Part shown: in pieces, positions 46,583 through 57,700 of the stretch
How positions within the stretch are numbered: position 1 is the stretch's first letter
Layout of the letters: each line of letters starts with the position of its first letter
From: a virus
Strand: one strand, 5' to 3'
Virus record (IMG/VR): IMGVR_UViG_3300035698_017497
Span: 32,001 to 96,000 of that record
DNA: 64,000 nucleotides
Made by a program: the position numbers and the translations under genes
Notes under the pieces: generated by a model
Database searches by the model: none
What the model was told of the DNA's origin: nothing
Seen by the model: only the letters and a program-made list of their open reading frames with translations

Positions 46583-46966
46583 ATGATAGTAGCAGATATT
46601 ACAAAAACAAACATGATGGATGAAATGTACGCTCTGCTCAATGATGGGCTTGGCGGAGTTGGCGAGATATCCATAAAGGACGCTCTCGGTGTCGAAATAG
46701 CTTCATTGGTATTTGCCAATATAGAAAAGGATTACTCTACTAGCAGTAAGAAAATAATCCTAAAAGACACTACTGATAACTATACTATAGAGGGCGTTGT
46801 TTTAGGGGATGGAACGGCTGTAAGTTTTGATGTTATAGCTAATAGTATAACTGTTTTCTCTGGAAGTATAACTACCCATCTCGGCAATGGTGATATTAAA
46901 TTTAGTAGAGTTGTGTGGTTAACGGATCAGCTCGTAACATTAGAGAATTTTACAATTATCTTTTAG
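46583..46966 (+). CDS. Small structural protein
   Basis: 127 aa, beta-rich. Confidence 0.6.
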   Translation: MIVADITKTNMMDEMYALLNDGLGGVGEISIKDALGVEIASLVFANIEKDYSTSSKKIILKDTTDNYTIEGVVLGDGTAVSFDVIANSITVFSGSITTHLGNGDIKFSRVVWLTDQLVTLENFTIIF

Positions 46967-46975
46967 GATATAAAT

Positions 46976-49882
46976 ATGAAAACCAGCAGAAAAAAACAGA
47001 TTTATGGAAATCAGTACCAGATGGTATACATTGGCGACACTGATCTCGTTGGTATGGCTAAATGGTATGGTAACGAATCTTTTGCCAGCTTAGGGAACTC
47101 TACTGAGACCGTCATAGGCATGAAGTGTATACTGGATGATGGGTTCACTGGCGATCCTGGACCCGGAGCTGATATCGTTGCTGCTATAACTCCTGAAATA
47201 CTATACAATAGAAGTAGTGACGATGAGTACACACTTATAGACAATACTGTCCCGTCTGTTAAAGTCGTTAAATCTTCCACAGTCTATATGGATATTAATG
47301 CTACTGGGTCATATGTAAAAATATACGGTTCAGCAGATGAGTACATACTAATGGATGCAGTTAGTGGCCCAACTATAGATACGCATAAGACTGCAACTCA
47401 ATTTATAAGACTCACGGCTGATTCGGCTGCAAATATTGGAATCACATGTCAGTACAGTGCTGCGTACAATGTCATCCTTCAGAATAATAGCGGTTTTTCA
47501 GAGTTAGAAATAAACGCTGGAACAGGACAAAGGATACTAGTTAGATCAGATAGCGGGATGCTTATACAACACGTAGCAGAAGCTGTTATAGTTGATAGTA
47601 ATAAGATAATGTTTATATCTGATTATCCGACAAATACCGAGTCTGTAATTTATAGAGTGTCGAACGATAGCGGTAGCGGAGTCTTTGAAATTAACTCAAC
47701 CGATTTTAAGGGTGAGGTTGGCGCTAAGGCTGTAATCTTTGGCAAGGCTTTAAATATAGCTTCTATCAACGTGGCGGCATATCCTAATGATGAATATGCC
47801 GTTATAGGAATATCAACGGATGGTTTGATTGGATCGTACGGAAATTCCGCGCAAACATCTTCAACATATATAGGTCAGAATACTCGTGTTACCGGAAGTG
47901 GTACAACTCCAGTACCGGTGAGAAGAGTAGCTTCAGCTGGTCGTGGTGGAGCTGTAGTAGTTCTTCATAATACATCTGCTATATATAATTATTTGTATAA
48001 TTCTGCATCAGATTCTTACGCTGAAATCTTGTCAATGTTTCCACATACTGACGCTGGAAATACTTCTGGCGGTTACATGAATGCTCACGGGTATGCTACA
48101 TATAAAATGAATAATAATATGATGGCAGCTTGGTACATGGATGCATTTCCAACTCCAAAAGTTGCAACTTTTGAAGGTGACTCACTGGTAGTTGGTAGTT
48201 TATCGGCAGTAGTAGCAGCATATCCAGAAGATAATGACGGAGCATCCATACAGCTTCATGACAGTGGGTTTATACAAGCCTTTAATAATCTTAATTTCAA
48301 CCCTCACGTAAGCATTGGGTACAACACTTACACAGTAGATGCTGGTTATGGAAACTTTTCATCAGTTAGGCATAACGTTGCGTACTCCGGTGGGTGCGCG
48401 CTATTAATGGGAGCGTTTTCTAAGTTTACGTTTAGAGCATATCAAAAAATTGCAGATTCATATAAAGATATAGCGACCTTAAGCCCTAACTGGACTGATG
48501 ACACTCCTGAGTTTTGGCTTGGCAGCTCAGCTACCGGAGCAGCTCGCGTTGGCATTGAAGCTAGATCTTATTTTGAATTTGACAATACTGCAGGACAGGG
48601 ACAGGTTTATTTATATATAAGAGACGCTGCAACGACTACAGTATTTTACCCATTAAATATTACATCAGGGGTATTTGAAGCAAACAACAATACTACTGTA
48701 TGGTTTAATACGTTAAATTCCGGAGGGACTATAACTGGCGCGATAAGATGGCACTTAATGGGTGGAGTTGAGGTAAGGCAAGATTTTAAAGCCCCACTTG
48801 CTAGAGTCGGCATTAACGATGAAGATGCTGGTTTTAATTATGGGTCTGCTATAATATACGAAAAGGATGACATAGGACTTGGGTTTAGATACACTGATAC
48901 TAGTGAGTATTACACTAGTCTTTTCGCAATAGAAATAGGAGCAGCTACTGATACTTCATACTATCAATTTAGACAATTTAAAGATGGCGAAACTGGCCAG
49001 GCAGTCAATGGGATGCGTGTAGGAGTTACCACGACTGGAGTAGATATACTGGTAGAGGGTGCGCAAACATATTTAACCGTGGGAATGGGTGGATCTAATA
49101 CATACCTTAAGTTTGATGCTACTACTTGTACCTTTAAGGATGGCACTACCACACTGTTATCTCTTGATGGTAGCGGCAGCCTTGACGTTGTTGGTAATAT
49201 CGATATGGTGTTCACTAAATATATTGGGTCAGCCAATTCGAAAATTACATTTGACAATGGCGAGCTATCATTTAATAATAATATATATCTTACAGCTGCC
49301 GTGTCTGCTGATAGGACACTTTATTTCAGCGCAGGTTCATATATAGAGTTTACGGATTCAAGTACAATTAAGATTGCAAAATGGCTATCCTTAAATGCTA
49401 TAAACGCAACTCTTTCCGCCTCATCAACTACTCAGAAGTCTATTGCGGCGTATGGAGATGACGCACTGCAGTTCTGTGTGAAGGATCCAGATACAACATA
49501 TAGGGTTGTTGATATTGCCAGAAAGACTGTTAGCGGATACATGAGCAGAGCTATGATTGGCGGGACTATGGCTAGCAAGATCATACCGCTTTTAACTGTT
49601 CTTGATACTCCTGTAGTTATAAAAAGAATGTCAGTATCAATGGCCTCTAGTGGTGCTGGGAATGTACCTTTGGCGCTTCGTAGATCAGTCAGCCTTGAAG
49701 CTGCAGAGGGAAGTCCTGGTGCAGGCACAGGTTTATCGTCATTTACCCTTACTGCATCAACTACTATGGATTCTGACGATACTGTAGATCAGGCTATTGC
49801 TATTGATCAAGTTGTATACCTTGAAATCCAGGATACAAGCAATGTGTGCGACCTTGTGCATGTGGATATTGAATACATTTAA
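46976..49882 (+). CDS. Putative tail fibre/receptor-binding protein
   Basis: 968 aa, G/S/T/Y-rich beta pattern; followed by terminator and a chaperone-like gene. Confidence 0.55.
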   Translation: MKTSRKKQIYGNQYQMVYIGDTDLVGMAKWYGNESFASLGNSTETVIGMKCILDDGFTGDPGPGADIVAAITPEILYNRSSDDEYTLIDNTVPSVKVVKSSTVYMDINATGSYVKIYGSADEYILMDAVSGPTIDTHKTATQFIRLTADSAANIGITCQYSAAYNVILQNNSGFSELEINAGTGQRILVRSDSGMLIQHVAEAVIVDSNKIMFISDYPTNTESVIYRVSNDSGSGVFEINSTDFKGEVGAKAVIFGKALNIASINVAAYPNDEYAVIGISTDGLIGSYGNSAQTSSTYIGQNTRVTGSGTTPVPVRRVASAGRGGAVVVLHNTSAIYNYLYNSASDSYAEILSMFPHTDAGNTSGGYMNAHGYATYKMNNNMMAAWYMDAFPTPKVATFEGDSLVVGSLSAVVAAYPEDNDGASIQLHDSGFIQAFNNLNFNPHVSIGYNTYTVDAGYGNFSSVRHNVAYSGGCALLMGAFSKFTFRAYQKIADSYKDIATLSPNWTDDTPEFWLGSSATGAARVGIEARSYFEFDNTAGQGQVYLYIRDAATTTVFYPLNITSGVFEANNNTTVWFNTLNSGGTITGAIRWHLMGGVEVRQDFKAPLARVGINDEDAGFNYGSAIIYEKDDIGLGFRYTDTSEYYTSLFAIEIGAATDTSYYQFRQFKDGETGQAVNGMRVGVTTTGVDILVEGAQTYLTVGMGGSNTYLKFDATTCTFKDGTTTLLSLDGSGSLDVVGNIDMVFTKYIGSANSKITFDNGELSFNNNIYLTAAVSADRTLYFSAGSYIEFTDSSTIKIAKWLSLNAINATLSASSTTQKSIAAYGDDALQFCVKDPDTTYRVVDIARKTVSGYMSRAMIGGTMASKIIPLLTVLDTPVVIKRMSVSMASSGAGNVPLALRRSVSLEAAEGSPGAGTGLSSFTLTASTTMDSDDTVDQAIAIDQVVYLEIQDTSNVCDLVHVDIEYI

Positions 49883-49909
49883 TCAAATCAACCTTAAATG
49901 TTGATACTG

Positions 49910-49945
49910 CCCTCTGAATAATGTATTTTATTCAGAGGGTTTTTT
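49910..49945 (+). terminator. Rho-independent terminator
   Basis: CCCTCTGAATAA...TTATTCAGAGGG followed by a T run. Confidence 0.8.
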
Positions 49946-49990
49946 ATTACCCTATAAATGTATTTTTTACAAAAACGAAAGGGCTTTCGT

Positions 49991-50551
49991 ATGAGCGCTA
50001 AAGAACTAACAATGAGCAAGCTGCAGGCCATAACGGTCTACGGCACACTTCAAGCTGCACCTAAGACAGGTGACGTTCAAACCCGTATTGCTATGGCACA
50101 GAATGTTAAAGCTATGGAATCTACTGTAATTCCTTACTCCAAAGTTGTTGGCGAATGTATAGAACTCGTCAAAGAGCAAAAAGAAGCTATCGATAACAAG
50201 TACTGCGCTAAGGATAAAGAAGGTAGCTATACAGTCAAAAGAAATGAACAAAATATGGTTAGAGGCTTATCCCTTTCTGGGTTAGCATTCTTCCCAATGT
50301 ACGAGACCGAAGATCTTGAAAAATACGCATCATATGATGCTGAAGTCATCGCTATTGGTAAAAAAGAGCAGATCGAAAAGATGACTGAGATGCTAGACGA
50401 AAAAGTAACTTTTGTATTGGAGACTTTGAATCCTAATAGTATGGGTACAGAGTTTAACAATGTAGATGTTACAATTCTTATAGACCTTCTGAGCGATAAC
50501 TCCTCTGAAGCATCTGAAAAAAAAGAAACTAAAGAGCCTAACAAGGAGTAG
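49991..50551 (+). CDS. Helical hypothetical protein (fibre-associated chaperone-like)
   Basis: Likely start ATG 49991 with AAGGG upstream. Confidence 0.6.
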   Translation: MSAKELTMSKLQAITVYGTLQAAPKTGDVQTRIAMAQNVKAMESTVIPYSKVVGECIELVKEQKEAIDNKYCAKDKEGSYTVKRNEQNMVRGLSLSGLAFFPMYETEDLEKYASYDAEVIAIGKKEQIEKMTEMLDEKVTFVLETLNPNSMGTEFNNVDVTILIDLLSDNSSEASEKKETKEPNKE

Positions 50552-50554
50552 CAC

Positions 50555-51112
50555 ATGCTACAAGTCCAATCTTTTAATCCAGAGGTTGATAAGTATATAT
50601 CAGTCTCTGGTATTAATATTGTTAATGGAGGGGCCTTCGGGGCTCCTCTAATTACAGCAACACCGCTCAATATTGACATTCGATTCTATGATCTTACAAT
50701 AACTGTTCCTGGTGTAAATTATTTTGATGTGTCCGGAATAGATATAGTAAGGAATAGCGACACTGGAGATTGGTTAATCGACTCCGACGATATCGTTCCT
50801 AGCGATTCATTTTGGGTCAACAATCACAAGTACACCGCTACAGTAAAAGAATCGGCAGTGGTAGAGGGAATGGCTGATTTTATTCTTGGTGAATTTATAT
50901 GGACAGATAATATTACTGAGCAGGTTTTGATGGAGTTGCCTAGCAGGATAATAATTAATGACGGAGACCCAATAACTGCTCGCATGGAATGGTATGATTC
51001 TGGAAGTGATGATGCTATTTTTATAGCAAAACTTTATAGAGATGGTACCGGAGTTGTTCCGGCTACAAATCATGGGAACATAACTCATCGCGGGGAAGTA
51101 TATCATGTATGA
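50555..51112 (+). CDS. Hypothetical structural protein (paralogue of 51105-51707)
   Basis: AAGGAG RBS; shares KYI.V.G, F.L.EF, M.WY, THRG.V motifs. Confidence 0.7.
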   Translation: MLQVQSFNPEVDKYISVSGINIVNGGAFGAPLITATPLNIDIRFYDLTITVPGVNYFDVSGIDIVRNSDTGDWLIDSDDIVPSDSFWVNNHKYTATVKESAVVEGMADFILGEFIWTDNITEQVLMELPSRIIINDGDPITARMEWYDSGSDDAIFIAKLYRDGTGVVPATNHGNITHRGEVYHV

Positions 51113-51707
51113 GGCACAAGTTGTTAATATAGATTCGCAGAAATACATTGCCGTAAAAGGCTTAGATGTCATATCTGCACAGTTATCTGATGGAGTTGCC
51201 GATGGTCCAGTACCAGATGTTATAAATGTTAACATATATTTATTCAAGACATCTGACAATACCGACTCGACATTCGTAACACAGTTGAGAAGGCTTAAAT
51301 CTGGAGAAGATCTGATATGGTTATTGGACATAAACACATCGTTCAACACTAATCTTTTACATGCTGGAAGATACACTGCTAAAATAACTGACGCCAGAAC
51401 TTTAAATGTTAGCGAGACTCAGACAACATACGCAGACGCAGGAACAAAAATGCTTGATTTTTGGCTTGACGAATTTGTAGTAGACACATGCAAGCTTGAA
51501 TCTGTAGTTGCTAGATATGCGTATCAGATAGAAACTTCAGGAGTCAGCAACCTTATCATGGCATGGTACGAAACTGACACCTCATTTGGAGCTCCGGGCC
51601 TTGTAAAATACTATGCAGTTTTATATAAGGGAAATTTCGGAACAGATAGAGCTAGTTTAATTTCAGAGGTAACCCATAGAGGCCCTGTAATCAAAGGCAA
51701 CCCGTAA
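51105..51707 (+). CDS. Hypothetical structural protein (paralogue of 50555-51112)
   Basis: Overlapping start; shared motifs. Confidence 0.7.
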   Translation: MYEAQVVNIDSQKYIAVKGLDVISAQLSDGVADGPVPDVINVNIYLFKTSDNTDSTFVTQLRRLKSGEDLIWLLDINTSFNTNLLHAGRYTAKITDARTLNVSETQTTYADAGTKMLDFWLDEFVVDTCKLESVVARYAYQIETSGVSNLIMAWYETDTSFGAPGLVKYYAVLYKGNFGTDRASLISEVTHRGPVIKGNP

Positions 51708-54700
51708 ATGTTTAAAAATCCTACGTTAAATAATATTTCGATATTACCGATACATAATTCAAACTTTTGTTCATTTGAAAATTTATCAGAGCAAATTTAT
51801 TTTTCGGTAGGTTCCGCTGGTGATATGTTTGACCACTCGGGGAGCGATAATTCACATGTGTATGATGGCGTTATATCATTTGACATTAATCAGATACATC
51901 AAAGCGTAGGAATTGGCGATAAGATCACCATGGATAATGGCGATATTTATTATATAAAAGGAATTGTTGATAGCAGGTCATGGAAGGTGGGCGTTGTTGA
52001 TGGGTCACGCCCAAGCGACAGTACAGACTTATCGGTTGTTTCTGTTGAAAAAGCTTATAACGGTATTGGTGACGCCATAGATAGTATAGAGCGTATTATC
52101 ACCAATGACTTCGCCACAAGCGTAGACCTACAAGACGAGCGCACTATTGTTAATATAGCATGCTACGACATAGACGATTCGGTGACAAAGGGAATATCAT
52201 TCTCGAATCAAATAACTATGGGTGCTGCAGGATACATAAGGATCTTTAATCCTCATGTTGAGGGCGTAGAGTGCATAAGAAGCCAGAAGCACAATGGTCA
52301 CCTTGAGTCTGGGAAATACAATCTAACGTTAAACACCGACAGTGTTGGCGGAACATCGATAGGCATAAGTCTTTCTGATTACGCTGAGATTGACGGTATG
52401 TATATCATAGACTCTTCTGAAAATTCAGACTATACCATATCGCTCTCATCAGGGTCCAAAATCTTAAGGAGTTATATTGATGCCACTATTGCCAAAAGCA
52501 ATGCGTGCCTTAATAGCACCGACGGAACGACTGTTCCGGGAATTGTTGCTTACAATACAATCGATTCATCAAATTATACTGTTGTGCTTAACGACCTTGC
52601 TCTTAGCACATCTGATTATTACGAAACTTGGTTTTTAAATAATACAATAATTAATGCTGTTACAGGAATTAATTGCGGACATGCAGATTCTATTATAGCA
52701 AGATGTCTGCTACAGTCATGTTCCACTGCATCCGTGGCTCATGTTGACACGTCAAATATCTATGATACCACCACAGGCGACACCACGGTGCCAGCTTCTT
52801 TGGGAAACGTTCAGAGCGAGACTATTCCATTCCAAACTGACTATATACTTAATGACGTATGCGGAAGCGCTCTTACAGCCACTCCAACTGAGCCATTTGA
52901 AGTTGAGTACGCAAATTTAAAAACAGACATATTTGGAAATTTAATGTCGCTGCCAGGAAGAGGTAGTCACAGGTATGTGTCAAGACGAATATACGGCGTA
53001 GGCGAGAGTAGCGCTGATATAAAAACTGGATCACCAACGGTAGACATATCAAGTGGAGTGCTTACATTCTCTACACCCCAGACACATGCTGATGTTACAT
53101 CCGGATACATAGTAACATTGAGCGGAGTCGACAATGTAATTCTACATGAGCAGATAAGTTCAGACTCGTGGCTAGTAGCAAAGCATGGATACGCTGACAA
53201 ATATGCTCCTGCGGACGGCACCAGCATAACTGTAACATCTATAACTCCGGAAACCACTTCGCTATACACGGCTAAGGAAACATATATAGAATTAGTAAAT
53301 GTACATACTCTTGATATTAGGCTGGTGATTAATTGCGTATCTGGTGTTAGTAACGGGTTATTGGATTTTTATGGAAGCGCAATAATTCCTGATGTTTATA
53401 AGTATAGCCCAGACCAATATAGTGAAATTAGAAAAGATATTGACAGAGAGTTTATCATAACTGGAGGATCAAATTACTCTGACATTATTTGGATATCTTC
53501 GTTCGCAAATTTAAGGTTTACTAACCTAATCTTTGCTAATTGCAATACAGCGATAACCATAACGTCAACACCGAATATTAAAATAACAGGATGTGAATTT
53601 AGAGATTGCAATAGTGACGCTATACGCGACTATGGAGCTGTTACAGTCCCATGCGGAGGGGTGTTAATAGCAAATAATATCATTCGTGATTGTAAGGGAT
53701 ATGCTATCAATATTGTTGATAGTGATTCTCCTGCTGTTAATCCATATAGTAGTTATCATATTACGCATAACACTATCGCTAAATGTAAAAATGGAATAAG
53801 GATAGCTGTCAAGAATTTGGGTCGTGATAGTTACACTATTATGAATAACATTATAGTAGACTGTGGCGACAGTGCTATAGATGCTGATATGTCTCCATTA
53901 AGCTACGGCGCATACTCTGGGAACTATTCAGATGATGAGTCAATACTTCAGCTTGGGGAATTGAATAGCGCATTAGAGAATCAAGTCAAGTTTAGCCAAA
54001 GAGTAGACACACCCTACGTTGTTGACACAGCGTACGAGGCTACAAATATGTCTGTGAAGCCAATTTTAAATAAGGAGAAGTTTGATTTTTCTACAGGAAT
54101 ACTTGAAAAAAATAGAAACGATGTAATTTACTGTGCTGGAGCATATGCATTTACTATAGAAAATCATAGGTTTATGTCAGTTAGAAAGGATCCTCTTACG
54201 GCATCCTACTCGACTGGAGACGTCGAGCTTAAGAATTCGATACTAACATTTGATACAACACCGTCTACAGAATTGGTTATAGGCGATAAGGTAACGTTCA
54301 CAGACGAAGCTGTCTCTGTTTATTTAGCAAGTAAAATCAATGCATATAGTTGGGTTGTTGTAGATAATACTGGAAACTTATATAGTGCAGACATAGAGCC
54401 ATCTGGCACAACTACCATCTCAGAGGTATCAGACGATCTTAAAAACGCAATCGATACAGATTTCGCTAGCGAATTCGTGTCTCCGGCAAGTCTAGATAGC
54501 AAGATTACTATCGCAATAGCATCCTCTTCCGTAGCATACTCACATGACGGTGTAGAAATACCTGCATTATGGAATACTACTTCTGAAAACAGGCTTGTGA
54601 TAAAGACTCCGGTAGATACGTTTACTGAATGTAATTCTGCGCATAGGCATGATAATACTACTGACGCACCATTGGGTGAAATAAGAATAACTAATGGTGA

Positions 54701-57700
54701 GACTTACGGCATATTAATAGAAGCCAGCTTTGTTGATATTGAAGGCTTGAACATCACAAGAGACGCTTCCAACATCAGTGCACTTGAAGGAATAAGGCTT
54801 AGCGACACTGCTGCGTATTGTTGCGTAACAAAGAATCTGATACATAACATTACTGATGGTATAGTGCAGGAATATAGTGTGTCTACTGTTATGGGCGCTA
54901 TAATAGATATGAATACCACACTAAGCATAGACGATGAAGCTTTTCAGATATCTGACGGGACAGCTGAATTTAATACAGCTATAGATACTGGCGGCAATGC
55001 TTACACCTTAAACGCAAAAGCTAAACTGGCCAACTCAACATCTATCAATACTGTTGGGTATAGCCTGGTGCAGATAGATGATTCTCAGGCGATATCTTGC
55101 ATTTTTGATGGGACTATAATTGGGTACAGCTCTGGGTATAAACTTCCAGCAATGTATAACACAAACTGCATTGAGAGCGTAACTGCAGTTACTCAAAATG
55201 CAGATATAAATAATCCTACGACTGGAAAATTTCACAGATACGATTTTGACCATACTTATGCAGCGACACCAGTTTACAGTAATGAGGCTACAGATATAGC
55301 TGGAAATTATATAAAAGAATTTTCCAAAGGTTCTGATCAGCCAGATGAAGATACTATTGAGATGCTTTACTCTTACGGATACCAAACAGATTTCCTGTCT
55401 GGCGGTAGTTCTAATGGGACAATATCTGGAGGTATTCTTACATTCTCAGACGTTACAAATTTTGATGCTGACCCAAGGTTTGGGGCTGGGCATGTTGTAA
55501 AAATGTCTGGTGGTGACGAGGTATATTTGCAGCGAAGAGTCAAGCCGTTTTACAATACTCAGTGGGTAGTTAAGGATTTGCATGGAGAAACTCCTGATGA
55601 TTTATCTATAGAAGCTGTCTCAAGTATTGAATACGCAGTATATTCAGACATCGTAGCAGCTAACAATGGCAGGGTTTTCGATTCATACCATGCAAATACA
55701 GCGCATAGTCTTTCAAGAAAGTTATCTACAGGGCACAGCCAGCCGTTCCATCCTAGAAATGCAAGGATGGTGGTAATCGCTATAGTTTATCCGTCAGATA
55801 AAATCTCTGGAAATTACGGATATCCATTTCAGACTACCGAAGCTGTACTTGGCGCAGGAAGCATGACTACTAAGGATCATTATTTTAAACTGACGACATC
55901 TTATGATTATATATGGATGAGTAATTATAATGTTAGATATCTAAACGATTCTATAGGTGGAATATATAGCAATAATAATATATTAGGAAATACAGTTACT
56001 CCAGCTGACGGAACGGTAGTTAAAGTCGCTGCAGATTACACTGTTGTAGAGGGCTTAAAGATGATATACAGCTCTATACAAATAGCCAATGCTAGTGAAT
56101 GCAAAATAGACGGGTGCTTAGTGTACGATACTATATCAGCCACCAACATGCTTGAGCCATGCATTGCGAATTATTATAGCGGAAGATGGTACCAACATGC
56201 CGGCCTTACTCAAAAATTCTATGAAGTTTCCACGATTAGTTCGATTTGGAATACCGTGTACGGTAATTCTACTAACAACGGTGGCGTTGTGTCGATGGAT
56301 GTTGACGATGTTTATTATTCAATTATAGACCCTGCCAACACTTCCAATATCGTTGAGGTGGAAGCTATGCCGACGTCTAGTAATTACAATATAGGTTTTA
56401 AGTATTCTGAATCCGTGACTCCGACAACTGCCGAGTTTAATGTTGATTACGTTGATGACGAATATGCTAAAATTACATATGATTTTAATACCGTAGACGG
56501 AACACCAGTGTCAACGTATAAAGAGATTTTAATAAGGCTAAAGTTTGGTCAGCCGATAAGATTAAGATTAGCAGTTAAGGCTGATGCGTATAATGGAAAT
56601 GGATACTTCTCTCTTGATAAATCTGGATCGTACAATCTTATAGCTCAAATAAAAGTTAACGGTGAATGGTTTACAATATCTGACGACGCTATACTTGCAA
56701 TATCCGACAACGACTTCGAGGTGAAGACTACTAATTCAGGATTTAACGAATTCGACTTTGCGTCAAATGTTGTAGCGACAACTTTTGTTACTACATTTTT
56801 AAAACCTGGAACTACATACAACTTAGGGTCCATGGAGAAAGCCTACATTTCGAGTTGCTTGGCAATGGCTGGATATTACGGATGCATAATGTCTGGAGGA
56901 AGAGATATAGTATACAACTGTACCGCAAAACTCCCTACCGCTAGCGCAGCATTCGTATATCATTATAAGGATAAGCTTGTCAACTGCTACGGCGAAGGAA
57001 TATCTGGATTAAACACATCCTTCTATCCGGCAATTGAATACGAGGCAACTATTCATCACTGCATTGCGTCTGACTCGTGGCTTGATTCATACATAGACTC
57101 TGATAATACTCTTCAATGTTTTGGTGACTATGTTAATTACAACGCCCTTTACGGTAACTTTGTTCATGGGTTTAATCAGCGCGATCAATTTCTAAACTCA
57201 TCTGGGGTAGATCTTTCTAGAGATCCTGATTACCCAATACAGAGAAGTATTAATGGAAGCGAGTTCGACGATGGTCGTAATTGGCCTATGGGATCAGTGT
57301 CTCAAAATAGGACAAATGCTGTAATAATAAAAGTATCAGTAGGAGACACATCAGACGATTTTGGGTCAGGCGGAACGTGTACATTGAAGGTTGCTCCTAT
57401 AACAGACATCGTTCAACATACCGGGTACACAGCGGTAACTTTTGATACTCCGCAAACAGACGTCTTGCTGACTGCAGGGATGAAGGTTGAGATTTCTGGA
57501 TGGGGCAATACGACCCTGCCGATCTACCTTTCTAAAAAGATAAGCAACACGGTATGGGAGTGTCATACAGTGTCTGGACTCGGAGATGCCGGAGCTTCTG
57601 GAGAATTTTCTGGAACAGTTTTAAGCATAAAACCTATGTACGATAATCTATCAGACGTTGCTATTCCGTCATCATCCGGATTGCTCGGAATAAATATATA

